From Negaprion brevirostris (taxonomy: Eukaryota): DNA of 64,000 nucleotides. The notes beneath the pieces are model-generated. The model did not search any database, had not been told where the DNA came from, and was given only the letters and a program-made list of their open reading frames with translations. Location: assembly GCA_030324005.1 (NCBI GenBank), contig JARDVH010000099.1:49871120-49935119 (forward strand). Direction: 5' to 3'. Shown here piece after piece: positions 36,661-49,645 of the stretch. Position numbers and translations under genes: made by a program. Positions within the stretch are counted from its first letter, which is position 1. The number at the start of each line of letters is the position of its first letter.

Positions 36661-38571
36661 TCATCCTAACTCAGATGGTTATGGAAGAGACAGCAGCCTC
36701 CATCTCCTCAGTGATGCTGCCATTCGAAAGAGCTGCTTGGTACAGGTTGACCAGCAGCTCCTGGCTGGCATGACATTGACTCCCTGGGTCTTTGATCCTG
36801 GGGGAAAACCCGCAGCCTGGCTGTCCATTGCCTTAGTGGAATAAGATGCCTTATCCAAAAGATGCAGCACGGGACACTCACCTGCCTCGTAGCTGATGCC
36901 CCATCACCTACACAAGTTTCTGGCTACAGATTTGCTTGATTTCTAAGCCTTACTTATACTAAAGCGGAACATAATTTGTAATAAGTTACTTTCTGTATGC
37001 AATTTACTGCTCCTTTCTTCTGTACTTTTCTGTATGAGACTTGATGACATTGCAGATGCTTACTTGGGCCAAGTGATTGATAGTGGTGAGCATAAGATGT
37101 AGTGTAAGAGGTTGCTTTCTTTTTGGTGTTTGGTCTTTGTCAGTATGAATACGGCTTTAATGCTGGAGTATAGCGCATAATTGTTCTTGCTTTCAATAGC
37201 CATGTCTTCGAATGTATCAGAGTTCAGAGGAACCTCTGGGAAATAAGTTTTTTTTTATTGGCCTGGATGAGTCTCATCTTTCCTTCAGAAAGCTCTTCTG
37301 TCATGCTTTACCACTTGCAGCATTTTTCCCCTACTTCATAAAGTTTGAGGGGCTTGTTTGGAATGCTATGATCTTTGTGCTTTGAAAGATCCTCCCTGTG
37401 CAGTATTAGCATAGAAGCCTCCTTTCAGTTGCAAGTTTGGGATTTGTGTCTTTTAGGGTATCGTATGTCTGACCTTATCTGTTACTCCATTTAACGTTTT
37501 GAGAAAAAGGTCTCAAGTCTTTGTGTTTATCTGTTTTACCTCCCTCAATTGCTGTTGTGAAAAGAGTGTCCCTTTTAGTACGGCACTGAAAGGCCATCTC
37601 CACTCTGACCTACCCTGTGGCTCTTCTGAAAATTGTTCTCAAGTGAGTGGATGATTTCACAGTGAGAATGGAATTACGCAGGGGCAGTCGCATATCAAAA
37701 AAATTCTTTCACTTCCTTTTAAATGATCTATTGGTTATTTTGGTTGCTGCTGCTGTCGCGGTCCCCCCGAAAGGCACAGCCATTTAACAGACATGAATAC
37801 CAGCAGGAGAGCTCAACCAGCAGTAGCTTCTCCCTTGCTTTGACCTACCCCAAAGGCCTTCATAATTAATCGCCCTTCAGAGATAGGGAGAAGTTCAAAG
37901 ACTGAATGTGGTGATATCTATTGTCTGACATTCAGTTCTCCTTACCCACAGCTCTGTCAGCTCAGTTCTTTCTTCATTCCGGAGAGGATTATCAATTGGA
38001 GCAAAGACTTGGTTCTTCAAACAGCTGCTGGGGGTCACAGCCTACAGTGAAGCATGTATTTCTACTCACAATAAAGTTAAAATGCAGGAGCCAATAGTTC
38101 AAACGCAAAGGTGTGAGGGAATTCAGTGAGCAAACTGAGTAAAAAGGAAGACTACATTGACAGAGCACAAATTATTCTCTGAATAACCTTTTGCGTTTTT
38201 TTATGCTTGCTTACCTTGTCACAGGGCTTTCAAATTCTACATGACATTGATTATTTGTGTGACATTTAGGAAGCAATCGTCTATCAAAGGGAACTTCATA
38301 AGATATTTTCAATATTCTTTTAAATGTTTTACGTGAGGTTACCAGAATTATTTTGGGTTGCAGTTATACTGCAGCTATTGACCTGAGACTGCTCTCTGTC
38401 AGCTGCAGTGCGCAGTCAGCAGACATAGTTGCATCGGACTTAATGCAGTGTGACCACGATCAAGGTGCAGCAATAACAGAGCTGTGCAGCGAGCAGACTT
38501 CACTTTTTTTTGTCACTAACCTTTAATGTCGGAAAAGTGAAGCAGGACTGGCCACTGGTCCCTGTTACTAT

Positions 38572-38732
38572 TAATCCTTTCAAAAGGGAATTAGATTAAT
38601 ACTTGAAGGGGGAAAGATGCAAGGCTGTGGGGAAAGTGCAGCAGAGTAGGACTAAATGAGTAGCTCCTTAAAAGGGTCGACGCAGGCACTTTGGGCTAAA
38701 TGATCTCCTTCTGTGCTGTATGATTCTGTGAT
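38572..38732 (+). mobile_element. CR1 3' end fragment
   Basis: ttcaaaagggaattagat...gggctaaatgatctccttctgtgctgtatgattctgtgat. Confidence 0.85.
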
Positions 38733-41700
38733 ACTGCCGCCACCACTGCTGTTTATGCTATAAAAGACACATGCAAGACATTCAATTTGAAAAAATAACT
38801 ACAACTGTATTAGATCTTTTCAAAATCATTCATGCTTTAAGAACCTGGTCCATGCAGTATTCATCTTTCAGTGTCCTCTGGTTACAAATACTTTGACCCT
38901 CTTCATAGCTGCCCTTTCCATTTTCAAAATGAACATTTTTTATGCATAGTATGAACCTAAGATGACTTCTAGAAACACAGATCATACATCTATTTTTGGA
39001 ATGTCTATTTTCTATACAAATTTCTATTTTTACCTTGCATCCCTGTGAATCAGCTTGGAACTTTTTCTATAGTGAAAAGCCATTGTTAGTGCAAGTTGAT
39101 CTTGTAGATTTTGCCCCTTATATTGGAGTCCCCAATTCCTGGTGAGCCTGCCACTTTTGAAAATGTAGCTTTGTATAGGGTGAAAGGTGGATTGCAGCCG
39201 GCACAAACTCTTACAGGCATCAAATGGAGATATGTGCACTATGCCTAGGCATCAGATTTGTACTTCACATCTGAGTTGTATTGCCATCTTTTGCAATGGT
39301 GCACACTAGCACAAAAATGCGAGTTAAGAGTACAACTTTAGAAATGTCCTTTGTTTTATTAATTATTGTACCCAATAACCACTTCTGTTCAATTTTTTTA
39401 AAAAATCACTTAATAATTCCTAATGTTTGTAGTGCGGGGATTTCTAAATTTCTTAAGTTGCATATCAAAATAATGCATCACCCTAGTTACTTCTGGTATG
39501 GCAAATAATTCAGAGATGGGAATTCCGATTTCTTAAAAGTGAGGTCAAGGCTACAATTTACAAATGCCACTAAAGCTAAATTCATGCCACAGCAATGCAT
39601 TGTACAGAAAACATTTATTGAGTCATTTATTTAAAATAAAAATGGCAGAGTATTGATACTGCAAGGTACTGTGCCAGATATGTTCACACCCAAGGTTGCT
39701 CACAACTGTGGCATTGAGCAAAGGGAAAATAAATGAGTTACTCTGGCCTATCAGAACATTGTGAAAGGTCTGGGAACATTTCACCTCACTACTACGCTTT
39801 ATGGTGATTTGTGCGAGGTATCAGAATTTTTTTTTTAAATCGATTTTATAACTGGAGAAAGCATACATTACTTATAGTGTTGCAGTGGGTGCACAGAGTG
39901 CATTTGCACTGTAAAGTTAGCATGATATAGATCTGCAAGGTAATAAAAGTGAAGTGGAATATTTCAACCCAAAGGAATAACACATGACTTGACCAGAACT
40001 GTGTTACAACTTTTCAACACTGTTCAAGATTTTATAACTTGTTCATAATCTGCAAGCTCAAAACAAACTTAGGTGGCTATTTCGTTAACATACTGACCCT
40101 GTTGGAATTTCTATCTTGTCTTTTCAAACAGCAATAATTTTGGCATGTAAATATCAAATTATAATAAACTGTAGACAAATTACTTATCCATTGTGTCCGC
40201 TGAGTAAACTTTGTGAAGTATTTCTACATCGCTGCTGAAGTAAAAATATTTAGCTGCGTTATATTTTCACTGGTCTTTACAAATCTTAGTTTTACTAGTA
40301 TCTCTTGGGTGAAGTATGAAATTTATGTTTGTGTTGTTCACTGATGAAAATTCCCTTGGGGAATATTGTCTGCATTAGGCATAAGATCCTCGTGAATGAT
40401 CTGTAACAATTTCCACCTAATCTATAGCAGTTGGTGCTGTACTGTTCTGGGGTGAACCAGTGTGTGTACTGAAACTTTATTGTGCTCTCTTTAATAATGA
40501 ACCCACAGCTGGTAAATGCAATATTTCATTTTGGCCAATAAAAAAAACACTTGTTGTGCTAGATTTCCTGAGGCAGTCTACATAGAATAAATACAAAGTA
40601 TCAATCAAGTGACATATTTGTCATTTTGGGTTTGATCATATATTCATACATACGTGTGTGTATTTAGTATATATGCACAAAAACTTAAAGCAAAATTAGA
40701 AGTAGATGCTGTTGATATGGTAATGCAAAAGGACTCATAAAAAATTGAAACTGTTCTTATGAATCTTTAATTAGAAGCAATGAAAGGGGCACTACTGGAG
40801 CCAAATGCTTTGTTACAATCTTTTCTCATTGGTTACTTGCCACTATTCTTCCATCTTCACAAGCAGACATTCACTTAAAGCTGACAAAAGTCACTTGAAG
40901 CCCAGACAGCTGTAGTCACACAAACACCTCCACCGCACAGAAAGCCTGTTCACACTTAATTAGCGACACTTTAAAAGAAGCTTCTTTAATTTTTGTTTGT
41001 GTTTGGTCCACAGGCTAACACTTGAACCTGAAGTTTCATCCTAATTTCTCTTGTACATAAGTATCTCTGTTTGGGAGAGAGTAGAGAAGAGGGAGGTTGA
41101 ATCAATCTGCAGTATGTATTCAGAGCCTCTGAAGGATTCGCTTTCATTTTTTTGTCTCCCATGTCACCTTGTGTGCAGTCTGGTCTGTGACACTGATGGT
41201 GATTATGTCATTATTTTGCTCTAGGGGGCTTTGACACATCTGCAAAGCTGATGCACATCTTCTTCCAGTGCTGGCATACGGCCCACATCCCCAATGCTTC
41301 ATTAGTCACCACTGCCTAGCCATCGCCAGACAAAACGCCCAGCTTCGAGCTGCCTCCCCACTGCATTGTCCGTGCTGTGCTCCTTGTCAGTGTTTGTGAT
41401 TGGTTTATTCAAGCACCTCCTTTTCTTGTTCTCACTCCATGCTCCAGATGTCCTGATTTCTGCCTGTATAAGCAGAAAGCTACATAATAAAAACAAGGTG
41501 ACTTGTTAACCCTTTCATTCTGCTGTGGCCAAATAAGACCCCTCATTTTCTGAACAAGGACCTAAAACTCTTCCAAATTCAGCGGCTGTCAGTGTCATAC
41601 ACAAATTTGCATGGCTGTGGAAGTCGGTAAACTTCTTCAATACCCAAGTCAGAGAAATGTTGCAAGTTATATGAAATGCAGATTATTCTTTGTGTCTGTC

Positions 41701-43152
41701 TGCATTTGCCTGTGTGTCTGTCGTGTGTGCGTGAGTTTGTGTGTGGGGATTTGTGTGTGTAATTCTCAGTATACGGTTCAATATTTGCTGCAGCTGTACT
41801 AATGTTGGAGCCAAACATTTGATCTTGAGATGTCTGCTCGAATATGTGATTTGTTGTGGTCCAAGTTGCATGTGCTTTTATGACATTAAAATGTTTCTCC
41901 CACCAGCTCCTCCCACCTATTCCACCTCCCCCCCCCCCCAAATGTAATTTTCCTTCGGACATTGATGAAATATGTATGCATGTTGGTGCACTAGTTAANN
42001 NNNNNNNNNNNNNNNNNNNNNNNNNNNNNNNNNNNNNNNNNNNNNNNNNNNNNNNNNNNNNNNNNNNNNNNNNNNNNNNNNNNNNNNNNNNNNNNNNNGA
42101 GAATACGCAGAAATGAAATAATGTGGGGAAATGTTGTTGTCTAAGTTATGTGCCAGAAATGCAATTTCTACTGTTTCATGTATACATTCCATTTTTTTCT
42201 GGATCAAATGCTTTTTGAAAATTATTCCTTTCTCCCTCCTCACTAGAAGTGTTCCTTTGATGGGCTCTGATCGCCCAAGTGAAGGAAGGCTACTCAGTTA
42301 CCAATTTTTTTGCTGTGAGGTACATGTTCAGTTCGGTACTGGCTTACAAATACCAAGTGCATCAGTTTCTGAGCTGGGTCTAATTGCTATGATGGTCATT
42401 TTGTACAAACAAAACTTTGGTTCGTTACTGGATGTCTCGAATTTTTACTTTTGAGTTTGACTGCCAGATTCTTGTAATATTGAATCCTATATTTTATTTC
42501 ACGAGAAATCCAAGCACAAATAGGATTGTTTCACTCTTGGGAATGCAGAGCAGAAATTCCAACAGATCTTTTTTTGAGAGTGAACTTCAAAGTTATTTGA
42601 GTGATTTTTTTTCTTTTTTGTTTTTAAGCAAAGCCTGACATCCTAAAATTGACGTAAATACTAGCAGTATTTCAGCATGAGAATGGTTCCCTTTTTATTG
42701 TAAAACGGTCTTAATATATTTTAATTTTTATTAATGGAGTTGTTCTGAACCAACTAAATGTGCGGCTCACCTGATGCAAGGCTGGTGCGTTTCTGAGTGT
42801 AGTACGAGGGTGGGCAACAATTAGATGGTTAATCAGGAAACTAAATTATGAAGAAGGATAAAAAGGTTAAGAAAATTTTAATTCTTTGGAGGCAGGAGGA
42901 GGCTTTTTTGGTTAGCAACTTGCAAAATTTTGAAGGTATTGATGTCAATCATGTTTAAAATTGGAATATAAACTTTTCTATTTTTGTTTTGAAAACTGTA
43001 AGAATGGGTATGTATGTAGCTGAGTACTATGGGGAACCTTGTCTTTCCTAGTGAACATAATCAAATCTGATCTATTATAGTTAATCAAGTTGTGAACTTT
43101 TAAGAAATTATACTGAAATAATACTTAATAATAGTAAAAGCGCTTTCTCTAT

Positions 43153-43424
43153 GGGGGACACAGTAGTCAGCACTGCTGCAACAGTGCTAGGGACCCAGGT
43201 TTAGTTCCCAGTTGGGTAACTGTGTGGAATTTGCATGTTCTCCCCATGTTCACGTGGGTTTCCTTCTCACTGTCCAAAGTTGTGCAGATTAGGTGGATTG
43301 CCCCTTAGTGTCAGGAGGATTAGCATGGGATTATGGGGATAGGGCCATGGGAGAGGGGGGATTGTGGTCAGTGCAGACTCGATGGGCCAAATGACCTCCT
43401 TCTGCACTGTAGGGATTCTGTGAT
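43153..43424 (+). mobile_element. HE1 SINE with CR1/HER1-type tail A
   Basis: tRNA head, V-domain, tail gatgggccaaatgacctccttctgcactgtagggattctgtgat. Confidence 0.9.
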
Positions 43425-43425
43425 A

Positions 43426-43637
43426 ACTGTATCTGTATGGAGTTTGTACGTTCTGCCCTTGTCTGCATGGGTTTCCTCCGGGTGCTGCGGTTTGCTCCCA
43501 CAGTCTGAAAAACGTGCTGGTTAGGTACATTGACCGTGCTAAATTCTCCCTCAGTGTACCTGAACAGGTGCCCGAGTGTGACAACTTGTGGATTTTCATA
43601 ATAACTTCATTGCAGTGTCAGTGTAATAAATAAATTT
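43426..43637 (+). mobile_element. HE1-like SINE (tail B), headless, abutting the previous SINE
   Basis: Starts at the V-domain; ends ttcattgcagtgtcagtgtaataaataaa. Confidence 0.9.
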
Positions 43638-43844
43638 CTATGAAAATAGAAATGATACGTGTGTTGTCTTTTTACTCTTGTCTTGGCAAATTGATTGATT
43701 ATATCTGAGATTACTGATGTGGCACCTATTAATCAACTGTCTCCTCCCAGCATCCATATTTTATTTATTTTCCTTGAAAGATTTTCTGCAAAGAAAGATC
43801 TCATATAGTTGTACTTATGTTGTGAAAAATTATTTATTATACAG

Positions 43845-43948
43845 AGCGATTGGTCTGTATTATCTGAAAACAAACCTCCAGATCGAATTCATCCAAAAAT
43901 GGCAGCCTTCCCATGCAACATATGGAAATTTCTGGGTGGGAAAAGATT
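43845..43948 (+). CDS. Candidate internal coding exon (104 bp), gene unidentified
   Basis: Acceptor ttatttattatacag, donor ATT|gtacgt. Two open frames: AIGLYYLKTNLQIEFIQKWQPSHATYGNFWVGKD or SDWSVLSENKPPDRIHPKMAAFPCNIWKFLGGKR. Non-repetitive context. Confidence 0.45.
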
Positions 43949-46150
43949 GTACGTAAAAGATCCGTTCCAGTTCCTTTTGAAAAATCATTGCTGCCAAAAT
44001 AGTATTTGAAGATTTTTCTTCTCGTGAGTTCCCTACTACTGAGTTTCATTAATGGAACAATAGACAAAATGCTGACACAAAGACATCCACCTAATGACAC
44101 TTAAAAATTTTGTAACGATGTTGGTTCTGAGATTCGGGTGAAAACTTTGCTGGATTTGCATTGTACAAGCTTTTTTTTTTGTACAAAATGCAGCCATTCA
44201 TGTCTTAGACTTCCGAAATGGTACAGAATAGTTAAGTGGAACTCCACAGGTTCTTGCAATCGGATTAAATGGCCTGCTTTGCAAAGAAAAACTGTTAAAT
44301 TGCTGCACATTTATGCATATTATAAAATATGATCATTTGATATATTTCTGAGCACAGCAAATATCTAGTAGAAAGGTATTCAATGGAAGCCTCCAATCAT
44401 AATGGTACTATTTGGGAGAATAGATTGTCCAAAAGGAATTATATTTTGGGGATCACTAACAAGGTAGACTAATTGTTGAATTTAAATCCCCTCAATAGAC
44501 AGTCAAAGTGAAGGCAACAGGATGCAAATACAATATGTTTACGTAAGGTGCCTTGTAAATGAGGAAAAGCAGAAATGGAGAGGTATAAATGTGAAAAATG
44601 GCTTAAAAATAATTCCCCCTCCCTTGTAATTTAAGAATTCAATTGAGTTCCAAATGACATTTCAGTCAACTGTTGCATATAGCTTGTTTTCATAATATAA
44701 TTTTAATCAAAATCACATGGGACTTCCATCTCCTGAACATACCTACATAATTGCATATCAGCAGCTCCAGAGACACCAATGCTATTAAACAGATTATGCA
44801 ATTAAGCAGTCCCACATGAAGATTCTTTAGTACAAACATTTCAAACAAGTTGTTTTGAAGCTCAGTTGACTTTAATAATCCTTTGGCATATTGCTTACTG
44901 TCAGTGGTTCTGCCTGTATCAGGAGAGGTTTTAGTTTGTGCTGGTTAGACCAGGAGACAGAATTGTAAGGAAAATACATAATTGGTTGGGCAGGTCTCCA
45001 TACAAGAGCTGAAAAAACCCAAGCAAATAAATGGGTTGTTCTTATGCTAATGTACTGAATTGAGCTGAAAATATTGAAGGGAGGAAAAATATCTTTTGGG
45101 ACTCTGAGTGCTTATCTGATTGAACACTTTATGAAATTAACTGGAAGGTAATAAAGGTGAAGGAAATGCGTGGAAACCCTTTTCAGTGTGCAGAATTTGT
45201 TGCAGAGAGGCACGCTTATTTCTGCAGTTCATACTAATACAATAATGCAATTCCATGTGCTATGGCCAAAAAATCTGTTTGGCAGAATAGTGCGTGGTTT
45301 CATTCTGCCAAGTTAATCTTCATTAGCTACTTTTAAATGTCCTTTCGCATTGCAGTGGTGGAATTGCATCTGCGTAACAGGAAGGAAATAGCTTCCCTTA
45401 GCACAGGAAGTTTAAAGAGTCGATTTCCTTCTTGCTCACAAAGCAGCTGCCTCGAGGCTGCTGGGAACTCCCAACACCACTTTTACTCCAACTTTTTTTT
45501 AATGTGATGCGGAATGGACACCATTAAGGTGAAACAGTGCAACTACCTAAAATATAAATAAATGCACTAGTGCACCATAACACAATACTGTGCTTCACCT
45601 TTTTCATGCAGATTGGCCAAATCACCTCCTGTACTAATTGGGAATCTATGTAGCTCGTGGTTTAGCTGACACATATTTGTATTTGCGTTGCTGTCCCCAA
45701 GATAAATAATGGCACAGTGGAGTGGCCTATATTGCAGATTATTTGTCAACGTTTTTTTCATCCCCATCCTTTTCCTTTCCCCCAACACAAATACAGTTAG
45801 CAAGTTTATAAGACCTATTGTCTTGCTCATAATTTGTTTTTGGGTGGAAGGAACAGAATTAAGTCAACTTAAGGAGTGCTCCTTGAGAACTCTAGGGGTA
45901 ATTTCCACCAAAAACTTGAGGCATAAAAGAGGTAGAGCTGGCAAGGAGGTGTCTTTAGCTGAAATATCCATTTAGCCTGCATTTAGGCCAAAACAACATT
46001 TTTGTAAAGTTGTTGAAGGGAACCCCTAAGGATGGCTGTGCAGAGACTTGGTAAACAGATGTTTGCAATTTGAAATATCTGCTGTTGCTTATCAAAATGG
46101 TTACAAAGCATTTTGGTGGCTCGTGCTTCAGCTATTTGGGACTATAGAGT

Positions 46151-46344
46151 CGCCAGGATTCTCTGGCCCTTCCCATGGTATTTTTCTTGGCGGTGGGAGG
46201 TGACACACTGTTGGCCAGCAGCGGGACCTTCTGGGCCTGCCGCTGTCAATGGGGGTTTCCCATTCATTCCACTCCACACTGCTGGGAAACATATGGCAAG
46301 GTGCAGAAGATCCCACCAGCATGAAGAGCCAGAAGGTTGCACCC
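46151..46344. mobile_element. MITE (degenerate TIRs)
   Basis: Imperfect inverted ends gccaggattctctggc / gccagaaggttgcaccc; GC-rich interior. Confidence 0.5.
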
Positions 46345-46730
46345 AGTAGTAATGCCGATTTCAAGTGCTGCTTTCAAGAATACAGATCATTCCATTTCAT
46401 GATCGTTAAAAGGGACCTCTGAAAGCAGATTTTCTGGATAACTTTGTCAATATTTCACCACTACTTGAGCAATATTTATTCTGGAATTTCATTGAGGATA
46501 TTACCTGAAAATAGCACATGCTGTGCTCTTTCATCTTACTGGATGCTTTGGAGGAAGGGACTGCTTGTTCTTGGATACCTTGCTTACGGGTCTCCTGTGT
46601 TCTGGACAGGGAATGGGAGGAGGGTAAAAGGCCAGGCAGAGTGGCACCAGAATCTGCAATGATAGGAAGGCAAAATCATGTCCTTTCCCCCACTGTGAGT
46701 ACAGCACATCCCTCCTTCTCTGAACCATTA

Positions 46731-48208
46731 CATTGTTACTGCATTCTTGTTTTTTACTGACATTAGACAGGAGCTGCACATTTCCCAACTGGATTCCCAA
46801 TGCAGAAATGTGCAGCATTGCTACTCCAGGAGCCCTTTCCCTATAGTGCAGCCACGTCCACTTTTTATGGCACTATCTGCCATTAACGGCTAAGTTTAAA
46901 GATCACAGCTACTGTGACAGGAGAAAAGCTAAGTGTGTAAGGAAGTGAGTAGTGGGTAGAATGGGTTGGGGCAGGGAGTGAGGGGGTGGGGACAGTAATA
47001 GGGTGGGGAGTAGTTGAGGGNNNNNNNNNNNNNNNNNNNNNNNNNNNNNNNNNNNNNNNNNNNNNNNNNNNNNNNNNNNNNNNNNNNNNNNNNNNNNNNN
47101 NNNNNNNNNNNNNNNNNNNNGTGGGGGGGGGGGGACAGTAATAGGGTGGGGTGTAGTTGAGGGGCAAGGGTAGGGTTCTCGGGGTGGGGGAGGATAGTCA
47201 AGAGCATGGGTCAGGTAATCGAGAGGTGTGTGTTGAGGAGTCCAGTGGAGCCTCAGGGAATCATTACCCTAGTTATCCAGGATTTAGAAGTGGTTTGAAT
47301 GCCTCTAAGGCCTCTGGTGCTACACTGGAGAACTAGTGCAGAACCCTAACCCTAATGCACCCTCTCTGTTGGTCCCGGGATGCTGCATGTGCCAGCCGGA
47401 AAGCTCCGCACATGGTAGCTTAATCAGCAGTTGAGTGAAAAAGCCACGGATGTCTTCAGGAGCCCTAGGAAAGTTTAAATTATGGTGATTGGCAATTAGG
47501 ATAAAAGTTGCACATTAAATCCAGACTTTCAAACAAGTTAAATGCAGCACTGACTTAGTGCCTATTTTCACCCATTAAGCAAAGTAGCTTTCCATGTTTA
47601 CACCCACTCATTTCTAATAGACACCCACTCATTTCTAATAAAGTAATCAGAGATTTTTTACAGAGGGGGTAGTCCTTTTAGCACCTGATGTTCTAGTTCT
47701 TTCGAGCTGAATGTCAGGTTAGATAAATTGATAACTTGTTCCATATGACTAGCAGAATGAATTATCCTTTCTGCGAATGCAGGTGCATTCACCCAGGATC
47801 ATCGCCTTCGGTAGGGTTTATTCCAGCTCATTTTAAACTGAACCCTTTACACACTATTCTTCGACTATCCGACCCATGCTCTTGACTATTCGCCCCCACC
47901 TCAAGAACCCTACCCTTGCCCCTCAACTACTCCCCACCCTATTACTGTCCTCCCCTCTCACTACCTGCCCCAACCCATTCTATCCACTACTCACTTCCTT
48001 ACACACTTAGCTTTTCTCCTGTCACAGTGGCTGTGATCTTTAAACTTAGCCGTTAATGGCAGATAGTGCCATAAGAAGTGGATGTGGCTGCACTATAGGG
48101 AAAGGGCTCCTGAAGTAGCAATGCTGCACATTACTGCATTAGGAGTCCAGTTGAGAAATGTGCAGCTCCTGCCTAATGTCAGTAAAACAAAAGAATGCAG
48201 TAACAACG
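46731..48208. repeat. Long inverted repeat / foldback element
   Basis: 46731-~47235 is the reverse complement of ~47845-48208. About 16 differences counted by eye over the outer ~290 nt. Spacer ~600 bp. tta on both flanks. Confidence 0.9.
47600..47640. repeat. Tandem duplication, 21-bp unit x2
   Basis: acacccactcatttctaata(g) occurs twice. Confidence 0.9.
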
Positions 48209-49259
48209 TTATGATTATTGCCACTCCAGGAAAGATTCAGCCCAAAGTATTAGGAGGTTGACTGTTCTGCTGTACTACTTGGGATTAAGATTTATGAATG
48301 CCGGCTCACTAGTTAGCATTAAGAGATTGACCCTTATTGGGCCAGAATCTATTTCACTAAGAAAAGCATTGTTAGCTTCAAATATGCAATCTTTCAAGAC
48401 ATTTCCATGACCTTTAGTACTATATTTGCCTGCTAAGAACAGGCAGTTCTGCAAAGGTGTCTTTGTGATGCTTGGAGTCTATGATCAAGCCTCCTTGAGT
48501 GGCGCTGCTTGAGGAGCGATCCAAAAGATAAGCAGAGAATTCCAAATGGAGTAAATAATTTACTCTCCATGTACAATAACCCTCTGTCCTCGAAGTAAGA
48601 TTGTTTGCAATTGTCATGTTTCCAGCTGACCACCCTTCAACTGCCAGGACCTTGACAGAGTTTGGGAACAGGTGCATGCCATTCAATCCTTCAAACCTCT
48701 TCCTTATCAGGTCCCCTTTTCATTTCAAACAGTGCAATTAAATCACCTCCCAACCCTCAAAGCAAGGGAATATGAACTAAATTTATACGATAAATTTAAG
48801 AAAGTTAATTTATCCCTTAATTCTCACCCAAATGCCAATTGTGTCATAAAATGATATCCAATTCTATGTGTCATTANNNNNNNNNNNNNNNNNNNNNNNN
48901 NNNNNNNNNNNNNNNNNNNNNNNNNNNNNNNNNNNNNNNNNNNNNNNNNNNNNNNNNNNNNNNNNNNNNNNNNNNNNNNNNNNNNNNNNNNNNNNNNNNN
49001 NNNNNNNNNNNNNNNNNNNNNNNNNNNNNNNNNNNNNNNNNNNNNNNNNNNNNNNNNNNNNNNNNNNNNNNNNNNNNNNNNNNNNNNNNNNNNNNNNGTC
49101 CGGGATGGGTGGGACTGGAAAATTTCAAAGTTTGTACCTCTCAAACTCTCTTATTAAATAATTGGGTGACATTTACGGTTTTTCAATATATAGGCACAGT
49201 TCTTAAATCTGGAGAGCTTTGGAATTTTTCTGACTCATTTAGAATGTTCTCACCTATTT

Positions 49260-49495
49260 GGGCCATGTGGTTGGCACTGCTGCCTTGCAGCACCAGGGAC
49301 CCAGGTCAATTACAACCTTGGGTAATTATGTCTGTGTGGAGTTTCCACATTCTCCTCATGGATTTTCCTCCACACTCCAAAGATGTGCAGATTAGGTGGA
49401 TTGGCCACATTAACTTGCCCCTTAGTGTCCCAAGGGGCACTAAATTAGATGGATTAGCCAAGGTAAATGTGTGGGGTTAGAGGGANNNNNNNNNN

Positions 49496-49561
<66 letters not shown>

Positions 49562-49645
49562 AGACCAAGTAAGGTACTTTGTCAGAGAGTCGCTGCTGAT
49601 TCGATGGGCCAAATGGCCTCCTACTGTGCTGTAGGGATTCTATGC
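49260..49645 (+). mobile_element. HE1 SINE with CR1-type tail A (gap and poly-C inside)
   Basis: Head, V-domain, tail gatgggccaaatggcctcctactgtgctgtagggattctatg. Confidence 0.85.

Noticed and set aside
35614-36844. Long ORFs of 240-345 aa (also those at 16851, 22540, 30889, 48839)
   Set aside because: Their length comes from N-runs and low-complexity DNA.
46988-47164. Direct repeat ggggacagtaatagggtgggg across the gap
   Set aside because: The opposite arm has one copy, so this is probably a contig overlap at a G-run.
47342-47355. Interstitial telomeric repeat
   Set aside because: Only ~2.3 units, too short to call on its own.
49496-49560. 65-bp poly-C run as a G-quadruplex or functional tract
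   Set aside because: It abuts a gap inside a SINE and is typical of a no-signal poly-G sequencing artefact.
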